DNA from: Camelus dromedarius
Lineage: Eukaryota
Assembly: GCF_036321535.1 (NCBI RefSeq)
Contig: NC_087436.1
Span: 56,174,001 to 56,238,000 of the forward strand
Direction: 5' to 3'
DNA length: 64,000 nt
Shown here: piece by piece, positions 40,875 through 53,393 of the stretch
Layout of the letters: each line of letters starts with the position of its first letter
Numbering within the stretch: the stretch's first letter is position 1
Notes under the pieces: generated by a model
Told to the model about the DNA's origin: nothing
Seen by the model: the letters and a program-made list of their open reading frames with translations, nothing else
Database searches by the model: none
Translations under genes and position numbers: made by a program

Positions 40875-41660
40875 ATAAATTCATTTATTTCACAAGTAGT
40901 TAGTAAGCATTTACTCTTGGGACAGTTGTATGTATTGGGTTTAGAACCAGAATCAAAACATGTAATGATGCCTGCTCTCAGGAAGCTTATGTCTGGTGAG
41001 CAAGGGCACACTCCAAATGAAAGAAGTAATCAGGAACAGAGTGGGTGGTAAATGCTATGAGGAAAGATATGTGGGAAAAGGGGTTATGTTGTGCTGGGTA
41101 GGGTGGTCAGGGAAGATATCCAGAAGAAGCTGACAGCTGAAAAAAACCTGAAGGAAGGGACAGAGGAGTCACAAGTACAAATGCCCTGAGGCAGGGATGT
41201 GCTGGGCAGAAGGTGGTTCTAAGAAAACTGAATTGGCCAGGGTGGCTGGAAGAGAGTGAGTGAGAGCAGGCTCTTAAAAAGTTAAGAAAGATAAGGCCTG
41301 AAAGTAAGGACAGGAAGGCCAGAGTGGAGATGGCCTAGGGCCTCTGTGTGTGGCATCTTTGGTTCTTAATATGACATGAGAACTTTGGAATGTTTTCAGC
41401 AGAGGAATTCATGACATGACTTCCATTTTAGCAGAATCACCTGACTGCTGCATTGAGACTAGACCATGAGAAGCAAGAGCAGAAGCAGGGAGACCGATTA
41501 TGAGGCTGAGGCTATGAGAGATGTTAGGCTAGCATAGATTGGAAGAGGTCAAGCTGATGAGACCTGGATTCTAGTTATATTTAAAGGCAGAGGTAATAGC
41601 TCTTTTTTGAGAGATTGGATGTAGGATGGGAGAGAAAGAAAGGAAAGAATTATTCAAAAG
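40875..41660 (-). mobile_element. L2 fragment (3' about 0.8 kb)
   Basis: Starts with the antisense tail TTCATTTATTTCACAAG; motifs CCTGCTCTCAGGAAGCTTA, AAGTACAAATGCCCTGAGGCAGG and GAAGCAGGGAGACC. Confidence 0.8.
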
Positions 41661-42030
41661 GCCTAGGCTTTTTGAAGGATTTCTTTCAGGTGTCCTTAGT
41701 GAAGTCATTCCTGCCTCATCAGTCTCCAGAGTGAAAGGTATTCCTTTCTCAAACCTTTCAGAGAAACTTGTATAGAGCTTTTCTCTTTTGAATTATATTC
41801 ACTTGTTGTAATGTCTGGGTTTCATGCCATTGAGTTCCTTGAGGTCAATTTCGCTTAATTCAGCTTTGCTTAACTTTATATCTTTAGTGCTTAGCACAAG
41901 GCCTAGAACATCAAAGATGTTTAATAAATTGTATTGAATTGAAACCATTGAAAAGAATTCTTGGTGAAGTTTATTAAAATGTTCTATATTAATAATTCCT
42001 CACTGGGCACGTCTAAAGGGATTTTCTCTT

Positions 42031-42463
42031 TGTCTTATGTGGATTCTCTATGAAACAGACTTTGAGATGGAGACATGCATGCGGGCAATGTATCAGAGTG
42101 CTCTTAGGAACAGTATCTGTGGAGAAATAGAAATGGGCAGAGAGAGAAACTGAACTGTGATGCAGGTGTAACAAAAGATTAGCCCATGGGGATCTCTGGA
42201 GTTGGGATGGCCCTTCAGAGTCGTCCCACCTCGAGGCATAGGAGGTGAGTGGACCTTTGGCCCCCACACTGACTAGTCAATGGATATGGACCCCTCCTTT
42301 ATTCCTCACCCCCACCAAATTCTGTGACCTGGTACAAGTCAGCTCTTCTCAACTGAAGGCAATTCCAGGAAAGAGAGGCTGAGAACCTTCACCATCAACA
42401 CTCCCAACAGGTGGGAACCGTCCTGAAAAGGAATGTCAGAGGCATACCACAGCATCCACCACA
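42031..42463 (-). mobile_element. LTR16C-like ERVL solo LTR
   Basis: TGTCTTA...CAGACTTTGAGATGGAGA...CTGGAGTTGGGATGGCCCTTCAGAGTCGTCCC...CAGCATCCACCACA. Confidence 0.75.
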
Positions 42464-43977
42464 ACTGTCTACCACAAATCTTGAAGAATGTATTTTATTA
42501 ATTATGAAGAACAAAAAGATACTTTTAAACATTTTAAAAAGAAACAAAAAACTAATTGTTTTGGTCAAATAATTAAATGAATTCAAAATTAGCTGCTAAT
42601 TATAATCAAACAGGCACAGTGATACAAAACAGTATCTTTCATTGCTATATGTTTATTAATGTCAAGTCTAATAACTATATTAAATTGCCAGTCTACACTC
42701 TATACTAAACTGGCTTGCTTAAAAGCAGAAGTCTAAGGGCTTCCTAATTCCAAATGACAACTTTTGTGTTGTACCCATTTCATATATACATAAGAGTATA
42801 TAGATAATATTCTCTTTATATAGCCCTATTCTCCACATAAAAATTAAAAACATATAACAACCCCATTTTTCTTTGCAACATATTGCATAAACTTTGCTAT
42901 TTACTTCACAGCTTTTAAATGTAGTTTGACATTTTCAAAGAAGAAGACAAACTCTTCTTCTAGTAAGAGATTAATTTGCCCATAACACCTTTTCATCTTC
43001 ATGTATTAAGAATGAAGAGCAGTTTGCTTGTACTTCCATAATTCACTGACTCATTTGTGTGTGGTCAAGGAACCACATCCAACATACAAAGATTTATCCA
43101 TATAGATTTACATCATGATAAAAAAAAAAGTTAAATTTCAAATTCTCTCTGTCAGGGCTGGTCCTGCCAAACAAGTCCTTGCTAATGTTGCAAAAAGACT
43201 GTAGATTTTCTAGTTGCTCTGTTTCAAGCCAGCTGTGGTGTTTTGCCCTGTAATGTTTGACAGATGGCCATCACATCAGCTACAGTTAAAGTGTAAACTT
43301 GTCTCAGGTAAGGATGACCATGATGTGGAAGTAAAATAGGTGCAGTTACCTCTCACCCAACTCAAGTTATACTCATGATGTGTCCTACGCAGGAGCCCAT
43401 AGTTCTTTCATGAAAAAGCTCAATTTGCAGAAGTTTATAAAGCAGAAATGGATACTGGCTATTCATTCATGTTTTTAAGTTTGCTTATCTTTTATACATT
43501 CAAACTACATAAAATAGAAAAGTAAGTGTGTGAGACAATCAGGGCAGAGGAAAAACAGGAAAAAGGAAAGTAAGGGTCTGGCCAGGCACGAGCTGAAGAC
43601 GTAAGTTGCCCGAGCTAGGATGCGGGCACGTTGACCACAGGGCAGTGCCAGGCAGGTGTCCTTGGTGCTGCAGCTTCCACTGCAGAGAGACGAGCTTTTT
43701 CTGAGAGAACCCAAGTAGACCCTGTAAAGACTGTCCAAAGCGACACCCTCATGGTGATACAGCTGCCGATTTCACTGGGTAGTTTCCTCCAGTGTCCCCT
43801 ATTATGGACCAATGGGAAAATTCTGAGTGTTAAGGTAGGAAAACGTAGTCCAGGCAAAATGTCAGCAAACACTGTCTTTCTTCAGGAAATAGTTTCAGTT
43901 CGGCTGCTGTTGTTGATACTGTGATGTTGATGATGTCGTGGCTGCGGTTGTCAGGGGACAGTGGGTGAAATGGGAAA

Positions 43978-44204
43978 AGAGCATAGTGGAGCGGAGAGAA
44001 CACACGTTTGGGGGCCGGGTTGACATATTCAAATCCTCGTTCCATTACTTACTAGTGTGACCTTGGTTAAGCGACTTAACCCCTTGGAGACTTAGTCCCA
44101 TCAACCGTGAAATGAAAATGATAGGGTTATTTTCAGATTAAACTAGAATAAACTTGTAAAGCACGTGGCATGTGCCAGACACAAAGCAAAGGCTCAGCAA
44201 ATGT
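43978..44204 (+). mobile_element. MIR SINE
   Basis: TTCAAATCCTCGTTCCATTACTTACTAGTGTGACCTTGGTTAAGCGACTTAACC...GTAAAGCAC. Confidence 0.8.
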
Positions 44205-44647
44205 CCCAGGCCTGGGCTGTCAGTCCTAGAGGTTGAAGTTCTCCGCTGATTCATATATGATTAGACTGTAATTTTTCCCCTACGCCCGAGGATGGAGGAG
44301 CCCTCTATATGGTCACCCTTCTCCTCAATTCAGGAGTTACAGTGAATTTATGTGCACAGACAGTCCTTCTTCTTGGGAATGTCAGGATCGTTCCTAAGGA
44401 TTTTTTTCTTTACTACATGTGCACACCAATAAATCACAGCCATCATCACAAAGGCCACTGCCTGCAGATTGGAATAAGATAGTTCCTGGGAAGAATTAAG
44501 GAGAATCAGGGTGGCCCTCTCTGCCCTCCTCTCATAGATCATCCATCCTCTTCTGTGAGGTCAGAACCACCTCGTGAGCCACCTGAGGGTTTGGACAAAA
44601 CCTTGTTTGCATCTGTGAGTCTGTAGTGTCCAACACTCTGTCCAGAA

Positions 44648-44950
44648 CAACAGGGTCCAAAGAAATATAATGCCAGCCACATGTCAGTTCAACTTTGCTA
44701 GTAGCCACCCTTAAAAAAAGTAAAAGAGGCAGAATTAATTTTAATAATATATGTTACTTGGTCTACTATATTTAAACTATCATTTTGACAAAATAACCAA
44801 TATAAGCAGGTATTCATGAAATAATTTACATTCTTTCTTCCATACTAATCTTTGAGATGTGGTGTGCTTACACTTACAGTGCTTCTCAGTTAAGACTAGC
44901 CACACGCCCACTGCTCCATAGCCACATGTGGCTCGTGTTGGACAGATGGG
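44648..44950. mobile_element. MER33-like hAT-Charlie MITE
   Basis: GTCCAAAGAAATATAATGCCAGCCACATG...CTAGTAGCCAC...TAGCCACATGTGGCT...TTGGACAG. Confidence 0.78.
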
Positions 44951-44955
44951 CTGTG

Positions 44956-44956
<1 letters not shown>

Positions 44957-45028
<72 letters not shown>
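44957..45028. repeat. (AAT)24 microsatellite
   Basis: Perfect 72-bp trinucleotide run. Confidence 0.97.
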
Positions 45029-45029
<1 letters not shown>

Positions 45030-45059
45030 GATGCCCTGTTCCAAGCATTTAATTTTTTC

Positions 45060-45228
45060 ACCTCACATAGCTACCTTTGTGTGTGTGTATGGTGAAAACA
45101 CTAAAGATCTACTCTCTCAGCAAATTTCAATTATGTAATACAGTATTATTAACTGTAGTACCCATACTGTGCACAAATACCCCTAGAAATTACTCATCTT
45201 GTAGCCGAAAGTTTGTGCCCTTTGACAA
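45060..45228 (-). mobile_element. L1MA/MB 3' UTR fragment
   Basis: AAGATCTACTCTCTCAGCAAATTTCAA...ACAGTATTATTAACTGTAG...GAAAGTTTGTGCCCTTTGAC. Confidence 0.78.
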
Positions 45229-45239
45229 TACTTACATGA

Positions 45240-45405
45240 AGTAGCTTATTCAGTCCTTGCAACAGTTTTGTGTGACAGGTGTTATCATCCTCATTTTACA
45301 GATGAGAAAATTGAGGGCAAAAGGAGATTAAAAAACCTGCCTGAGTTCAAAGCTCATATTTGGAGAAGCAGGTCAGACCACCAACGTATTCCATGCTTTT
45401 AACCA
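45240..45405 (-). mobile_element. MIR SINE
   Basis: CCTCATTTTACAGATGAGAAAATTGAGG core. Confidence 0.7.
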
Positions 45406-45539
45406 AGACACTGAATACAAATAAGAGAGGAAGTGGCAATGATTTTCATGTCAGGTGGCAGTTCACAAAGATATCTTATTTTCCACCTACATAATGTTAC
45501 AGGCTCACTATGACTTATACAGCAGATGTGTGAGAAGGC

Positions 45540-46525
45540 CGTGGGTTCCTGCCTCTGTCCTGATACTTGATCTGCTCCAACCATACCAGTTTCTTTGTTT
45601 TTAGACTGTAATACACTCAATCCAGATACGGGCTATTTGCAGTAACTCTTGTTTCCTCCCCAGAACATTCTGCCCCAAAACTACTGTGGCTCACTTCCTT
45701 CCTTCATGCAGATTTCTTCTGAGGTGTCACCTCTCCAGAGGGGTCAATTTACCTAAAACCGATTGACGCCAACGCTGTCACTCTCCTAACCCCAAGCCTG
45801 TTTTATTTTTCTTGAGAGCATTTCTCTTCATCATTATTTGTGATCTTTTATGTCGATAGTCTCCACCACTGGCATATAAGCTCACAAGAGTAGGCACTTT
45901 ATTTTCTTCATAATTATATCCTCAATACCTAAAAATGGTACCTTGGACGTGGCTGGTACTTAGTAATGGAAGACATAAGTAAATAGAGGGCAATTGAATT
46001 AAATTGAAAGCATATGATAAGGCAAAGTGATGATGCTATTTAATGCTAATGATTTGTTCTCTTTTTTTTTTACCAACATATAGCATACATTTTATTCATA
46101 TAATTATCTACCATCATCATTCATATTCCAAAGATTCCTTGGATTCACTAGAATATTGGCAGTTGTCACTAAGTGCGGTAATATTTTCCTGATTTGTTCT
46201 CTTAGTGGAAATGTTTTATCATCCAGGGAATTTGAGGACATCAGATAGACTGAAGTGACTGCCCCCTTGTCCCCTCCCCACTTCAAACTTCAAGCCCCCA
46301 TTACACTTTTGTACTTATTTTCTCCATAGCAATTACCAACTTCTAACCAACTATATATTTACTTATTTTTTATATTCATGGCTTGTGGTCTATTCCTCCT
46401 AGTCCCTTGGAAAGTGAGACCCACATGGGCAAAGATTTTTGTTTGGTTTGTTCACTGATGAATTGAAAATGTGTACAGTGGTGCCTGGCACAGTGTAAGA
46501 ACTCTGAATATAAAGGAATGAATTA
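45540..46525 (+). mobile_element. L2 3' fragments (two pieces)
   Basis: GGCTCACTTCCTTCCTTCA; 3' ends ATAAGCTCACAAGAGTAGG...CAATACCTA and GTACAGTGGTGCCTGGCACAG...GGAATGAAT. Confidence 0.6.
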
Positions 46526-48210
46526 ACATTCCTATAGTAGGTGTAGTAATATCTCCAGTTAAATATGTATGTGTCTTGTGAATTATGATGCTGGTTTATA
46601 TATACAGAAGTCATTATTTGTGGCCTTGTATGTTACTTTTCCATTTCCTACCTGTCTACTCTACTTGGCATAAACAAAATTAAATATACCATTTAACCAA
46701 ATAGTGCATTTCTTTAACCAGGCATTCTGAAAGATTTAGGTTATGCCATGACAGTATCTGGCAGCCTAATGCCAACACCTTGGTAGAGCTCAGCAGGCTT
46801 GCCAAGACACCAGAATAAATGGCTTCTTTACTAACGTGCATCTCTGAGTTGTGATTTGATCCCTTGTATAACCACTTAATAAGCCCATTGTAAATTGCAG
46901 GGGCCAGATTTTTAATTAGATGAGATTAATCACACCATGTAGACAGTTTTAGACAATAAGACAAACTTTTAACAATAAATTTCTCCCTGTTTCATATAAA
47001 TCTTAACCATTACATTAAATAGTTTATCACGTAGTTTCTATTTCAGGATTAAAAACTGTAACACCTACCTAATTGTATCAGTCTATATTTTTCCAAACAT
47101 AGTTACTTTTGTATTTAGACAGAAGTTCCTTAGATTTGTGGAGGCACCACAAATCTCTAGAAATTTATAGCTAATATTTGTTCTGAAAGGCAGACATCTA
47201 ATTGATAGAACACTGTCTCATAAGTTACATTTTGGGGGAAATCATCCATCTACGTGCTATAGGCAGGGCTGGTAACCCACTGGACTAAAATATGTCATTG
47301 AAGTAATGTTTTATGCTGTATGAAATGGGAAGTTTATGGCTAAACTACTTATTTGCAAAAAAAGCTTGTCTGCAGTCATTGCATTCTTTTTTCATACTCT
47401 GAGAAAAGAGCCTTAACTTTTTGGTATGTCAGGTCCCTCATCCATAAAGTTGGCATGTTTCTTATTATTTATCCCTAAGACGTACCTTAAAAAATATTGT
47501 GATGACATATAATCATTTTTTCTGAAACTAAAGATGCAGTGTGAATATAAGAGTGGCTTTTTTTTTTCTTCCTCTCCTCTATAATGGATGTCTTTGGAGT
47601 TCTAGCTCTAAAATACTTATTTTTTATAAAACCCTTTAGCAAAACTATCTGAATACAAGTATGTTTGTCATATAAATTCCCCAAAACCAAGAAATAAAAA
47701 AGAATGGCTGAAATTGTATTTCCCTTTACAGGGACTTTGCTCTCTCAGGATTTCTCTGTTTAAATGACCTCATGCAGTAAGGGATAGCCATACCTTGACA
47801 AAACTAAAGATATTGCCAAGATAATCCTTCTGCTGAGAAGGATTTGCTCAAAGATCATTCTGACCTCTATCTCTGCATATAACTATGATATTATGAAAGT
47901 GCTTGTGGTAAATTTGTAAGAGTGGTCAAAAATCTATATATTTTTAAAGTAAGAAGAGGTTACAAAATAATAACAGGAATAAAATCAAAATCTTTCATCT
48001 TCATTTTTTGTCTTTAAAAAAACCCTGTGTCCCAGTAACCAGCATTTATGGCATGCTTACTGTAGTGTTAACTCCCGTGATGCCTCCAACAATCCTATGA
48101 GGTAGATCATGTTATTATCCTTATTTAGCAAATAATGATACAGAAGCATGGAAATGAAACTTCAGCTAAATTACCCAAGTCAGTTGTTCAGGAAATGGTA
48201 AATCGGAGGG

Positions 48211-49570
48211 TTTTCTTTTGTTTTAAATTGTAGTATAGTCAATTTACAATGTTGTGTCAATTTCTAGTGTACAGCATAATGTTTCAGTCATATACAAACA
48301 TATATTCATTTTCATTATACATTACTAGAAGATACTGAATATAGCTCCCTGTGCTATACAAAAGAAGTTTGTTGTTTATCTGTTTTATATATAGTAAATC
48401 AAGAACTCCTAGTTTATCCCTTCCCACCCCCTTTCCCCTCTGATAACCAAAAGTTTGTTTTCTACGTCTATGAGTCTGTTTCTGTTTTGTCAATAAGTTC
48501 ATTTTTGTCTTTATTTTTATATTCTAGATATGAATGATATCATATGGTATTTTTCTTCCTCTTCCTGGCTTCACTTAGAATGATGATCTCCAGGGCCATC
48601 CATGTTGCTGCAAATGGCATTATTTCATTCCCTTTTCATGGCTGAGTAGTATTCCATTGTATAAATATACCACAACTTCTTTATTGGGTCATCTGTCAAT
48701 GGACATGTTTCCATGTCTTGGCTATTGTATATAGTGCTGCTAAGACCATTGGGGTGCATTTATCTTTTGGAATTAGAGTTCCCTCCAGATACATGCCAAG
48801 GAGTGGGACTGCTGGATCATGTGGTAAGTCTATTTTTAGTTTTTTTGAGGAATCTCTGTGTTGGTTTCCATAATGACTGCACCAAACTACATTTCCACCA
48901 ACAGTATGGGAGAGTTCCCTTTTCTCTACACCCTCTCTAGCATTTATCATTTGTGGGCTTTTGAATGATGGCTATTCTGACTGATGTGAGATGATACCTC
49001 ATTGTAGATTTGGTTTGCATTTCTGATAATTAACCATATTGAGAATTTTTTCACGTGCCTATTAGTCATTTGTATATCTTCATTGGAAATTTACTTGTTT
49101 AGGTCCTCTGCCCATTTTTGTATTAGATTTTTTTTTTTTGTATTTTTCTTATAAAGTTGTATGAGCTATTTATATATTCTGGAAATTAAACCTTTGTCAG
49201 TCGCATCATTTGCAAATATTTTCTCCCATTCCATAGGTTGTCATTTTGTTTTACTTATGTGAAAAAGTAAAGCAAAAGCTTAGTAGTTTAATTAGGTCCC
49301 ATTTGTTTATTTTTCTTTTATTTCTATTACCTGGATAGACTGCCCTAAGAGAACATTGCTAAGATTTATGTCAGAAAATGTTTTGGCAATGTTTTCTTCT
49401 AATAGGTTTATAGTGTCTTGCCTTATGTTTAAGTCTTTAAGCCATTTTGAGTTTATTTTTGTGTATGGTGTGAAGGAGTATTCTAACTTAATTGATTTAC
49501 ATGCGGCTGTCCAGTTTTCCCAACACCACTTTTTGAAGAGACCATCTTTACTCCATTGTATATTCTTGTC
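48211..49570 (-). mobile_element. Artiodactyl-lineage L1 3' fragment with complete 3' UTR, 5'-truncated
   Basis: T-rich tail at 48211, then 3' UTR, then minus-strand ORF2 C-terminal pieces ([44 protein letters not shown]). Confidence 0.94.
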
Positions 49571-52500
49571 TGTGCTGAAGATCTTGCTCTTGTCTGCAAT
49601 GTTACCCTGCTTCACAGGAGCTTTCAGATCTTTCATAGTGACCTACCATAAAAATATGTTTATCTCATGATCCACTAAATAAATATATGCCAATCTCCTC
49701 ACATATACCAGTACACAGAGATATGTGTGTGTATACACATACACACATAATACTATGGGTGATACACCTTGACATTTTCTATCTATTCAACTTCATATTT
49801 TGATGCTGGTTTTTAATTCAATAAATTAAATTCATAATCCTCTAAGAGGTCATGACACAGTTTGAAAAACACAGCAATAAACCTTAAATTCCATAAGAAC
49901 AATAAGGAATATTAAACACTATGGTTTATAGACCACATGGCTCAAGTGTGTAAGGGAATGACATGTTAAAATTTACTCAAATGAGTAATCATCTTTCATG
50001 TGAGAACTCTCTAATAATAATAGAAATAATTGTAATAATTTATTACATGTGTTTTGTGCTTTATAATCTTCCAAAACCTTTTCAAATTCAATCTCTTTTA
50101 ATATTCACAAAACTCTATGAGATCTAAAAACAAAAATACAATATTAATAAGGTAGTATTTTATTTATATCTTATTATTCAATGGAATTTAAGAATTTTAA
50201 CTTCCATTAGAATAATCTATTGAAGTATACCCATAGAGAATTCTTGGCTTCATAGTATCAGTCTATCACATTGTCAAGATTTTGTCTTTTAAAAAATATT
50301 TTATTCTAATAAATCTTTCTGCATAATGAAGTAGCATTGCTGAGGGAATAAACATTTTTAACAAATGTAAATTATTTTTTTAAAACTTGGAGTGAGAACA
50401 TGTTTATTTTCTTTTTCAAAGACAGTAGTAGCAGCAGCCTGCCTGCTCAGACACCACAGGGAGATCTTTTGCTGGTATTTTCTCCTGGTTTCCTTCCAAA
50501 ATCAGCAGGGCTCACAGGTGCTTGGATGGTAGCGTGACCCGTTACAGTCAAAGCTCCCATCTGTCCAGCCTTGACTTTCCCATTGTAGGCCGCTCTCACC
50601 CTTTTTGGATGGTGTCAGGCAAAGATGCCCCAGGGATGCCGCTGGGAAGGAGACCTGATTCTCAGCCCCTCTTGTAAATATACACCTTGACGTGATAGGC
50701 TTTCTTGCACGCTGTTTCGGGTCAGCATTTCCCTCCCACCTCTCCAGGGGGAGAGAAAATTAGTTTTGTCAAATTAATTCTCAATGCATTTATAATCATC
50801 AAAAATTTAATAGTCACCTGCTTTTGTGTTGTATATTGCATTGCTCTAGTGGATCTGTACAAAGAATTTTCTGCTATGTTTAATACTGGACCTTCTGGAA
50901 CCCACCCATCTCCCCATTTTCTAACTCTTACCTGTATATCTAAGTGTACAAAAGTCCCACAGAGATTGTCCTAAGAGAAAACTATAAGCTGTTCTCCTCA
51001 AAGGTGCATCAACTCCTAGATTATTGAAAAATAATTTCTTCTATTATTTCTCTTAGATACTGATAGTTGGTATAGCTCCTTAGAGATCTTATCTTATTTG
51101 ACAAAGGATATGCTGTTTTCCTGTAAAATGCATATTTAAAATGTTAGTCTATTCAGTCATACGCCCTTCTCACAAAAGAGACTTCCAAAAGCATCTAGTC
51201 ATTTACTCTCATTTTACAAATGAGGAAGATGAGGCCACAGAGCCTTCCAACTCCCAGCTAGCCTTTTTTTTTTTTTTTTCTGTTTACCACATTGTCAGAA
51301 AGCAGAGTTCATTGCTGTGGGATGCCATGAATTAGTGGATTTCACATCATAAATAATTTGTAACCACAGCATTATTATTGTGCAAAAGAAATTACATTGA
51401 ATGCATCAAAATTCTGCCGTTTTTCACATGTACACCCACACACGTGTGTATTCTAAAAGGCTTTCTTTGATTACTGTGTAAATGGTAAATAGAAATCCAT
51501 ATAGTTTCAGGTCTGGTTCTACACCTACTAATTAGATTTCACTGTATGGATTTAGTAAGCCAATATTCATGCTCTTAAGTCAACATCTTTCTGAATGCAT
51601 GCGTATGACAAAGCTGATTTTTCTTTTAATTGACGGAATCAACAACTAAATCAAGAGTAAGCGAAGTTGACTTTGCAGAAGTAATCTAGGTTATAATGAA
51701 AGGACTTTATACTTATTTTAGTAGCAGCCTTAGAACTAATGGAAAGAAAACAGACTTGTAGAATCCTAAAGGTCTTCCAAGGGCAGAAATTCGTCTTTTT
51801 CCTGACAGGAATGCCCACATTATTCTAAAACATTCTGGTTTACATCTAACTCCTAGCTGACAAGTGTCCGGTTTTCATGCTTATTCATCCGTCACCCTTG
51901 TGTTCTCTCTGCCTGCGAGTCATCCAGCCTGCCTTCTATCACATCTCTCCAAATGATACAGGATATGCTTAAAATGTTACTCACCGCTTTGCAAAGTAGT
52001 GTGGAGGCATCCTGAAAGGAGCAGCTATCATGCAGGACAGCACAATATATTCTGTGCTTATTACACAACCTGAGAGCTGGAAAAGAGGTTTTATGGCAGG
52101 AATTAAAAGGATTTTTTCAGGAAGAAGTATTGCCTTCTGGGGGGCTAAATGTGAGTCATTTTAGAAATTAGATAAAATTTACATAGAGTTTAAAATTAAA
52201 TCACATCAAAACAAAATAATTTTACGGTGATATTTCAGTGATGGTTCAGTTAAACCTGTCTTTTAAAGTACATGCCTCTGATGTGTGGTCACCATTCTTA
52301 ATCGGGTAACAAAGATTCTTATAAGATGTGCTTTCATATGGCAGGAATTTGAAAACTGGACCAAAAGCTATACCACATCCTAAGAAGAATTATAGCATTG
52401 CTACATTTGAAGCCATCACCCCTTAATGGTGCTGCTTTCTGTCACCGTAAACTTTTGCAAAAGAGGAGTAGTTCTCGTGGTGGTCGTTTTCCCAATTCCT

Positions 52501-52858
52501 GTGCACCCTCAACACAACTGGGCTGCTCCTCCCTCTTCACGCTTCAATTTCCCAAACTTTAGACTCCTACTTTTGAGTCTCTTGCTGCATTTGTGCTGTT
52601 GGCCTCCCAACTTCTTAAAACTTTATTCTCCTCTTGGCTCCTCTGACACTTGTCTCTTGGTTTTTCTCCTCCGTCTTTGTTCACACCATACCATTTTTGC
52701 TGGCGGCTTTTCCTCTTGAATGTTGGTGTCCTCTTTTTTTTTTTTTTTTAATTCCACAGTCTTTCCCCTGGTAATGTCATCGCTTTTTAGTGCTTCAGCT
52801 GTCTCCTAGATAGTGAAACACAAATCTTCTACCAGGACTTCTTTTTCAAACTCTAGAC

Positions 52859-53393
52859 AGGTGGTTCTCAACCTGAAATGACTTTTCCTGTCAGGGGACA
52901 CTTGGCATTATCTGGAGGTGTTTATTTTGTCATGGCTTGGAGGGGTGCCACTGGCACCTGCTGGGTAGAGTCCAGGGATGCTGCTGAGCACCTGACTATG
53001 CGTAGGACAACCTCACGACAGCAATTCTAGCTGTTGTTGATCTGAATGGGAGGTATTTTGGTGGACGGATGGTCAAAGCAATGTTTCTGCAATTTGGATA
53101 AATCCAAGGTCTTGTATCTGGCAGAACAAGTTTGATTTTAAGAACGAGAGCCCAAGTACTCTTCAACAGTCCTTCAGTGAGCTGCGGACTGAGCAGAGAA
53201 GGAAAAGGCAACAACCAGCCGCATGGTGGTAGGGTGCAGAGACTTTGGGAAGGACTTTTAAGATATACATTGATTGATTCCTTTTTTATTTTGTGGGCTT
53301 TTTAAAATATAGTATAAAAATCCTTTAAACAAACAAACAAACAAACAATTATCCAGTCCCAAATGTCACTTGTGCTGAGGTTGAGAAGTCATG
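52859..53393. mobile_element. MER20 (hAT-Charlie MITE), split by the RBM17 retrocopy
   Basis: Left part GTGGTTCTCAACC...GGGTAGAGTCCAGGGATGCTGCTGAGCA...CAATT (to 53026) resumes at 53351 as ATCCAGTCCCAAATGTCAC...GAGGTTGAGAA. Flanks CTCTAGAC / ATCTGGAC form a degenerate 8-bp TSD. Confidence 0.88.
53027..53348 (+). pseudogene. RBM17: 5'-truncated retrocopy of RBM17/SPF45 (end of UHM/RRM coding region, 3' UTR, decayed poly(A) tail)
   Basis: 53030-53135 reads AVVDLNGRYFGGRMVKA, then a +1 A at about 53081, then CFCNLDKSKVLYLAEQV*. Recalled SPF45 C-terminus is AVVDLNGRYFGGRVVKACFYNLDKFRVLDLAEQV* (29/34 identical). Followed by about 190 bp of UTR-like sequence, TATAAA at 53313, an (AAAC)n tail at 53327-53348, and a short CAATT-containing duplication at both ends. 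Confidence 0.9.

Noticed and set aside
43505..44045. Overlapping 71-97 aa ORFs in the GC-rich patch as a possible retrogene
   Set aside because: No recognisable protein similarity, poly(A) tail or TSD; longer ORFs are expected at higher GC.
44780..45061. ORF with a poly-isoleucine stretch resembling a membrane peptide
   Set aside because: Artefact of translating the (AAT)24 microsatellite.
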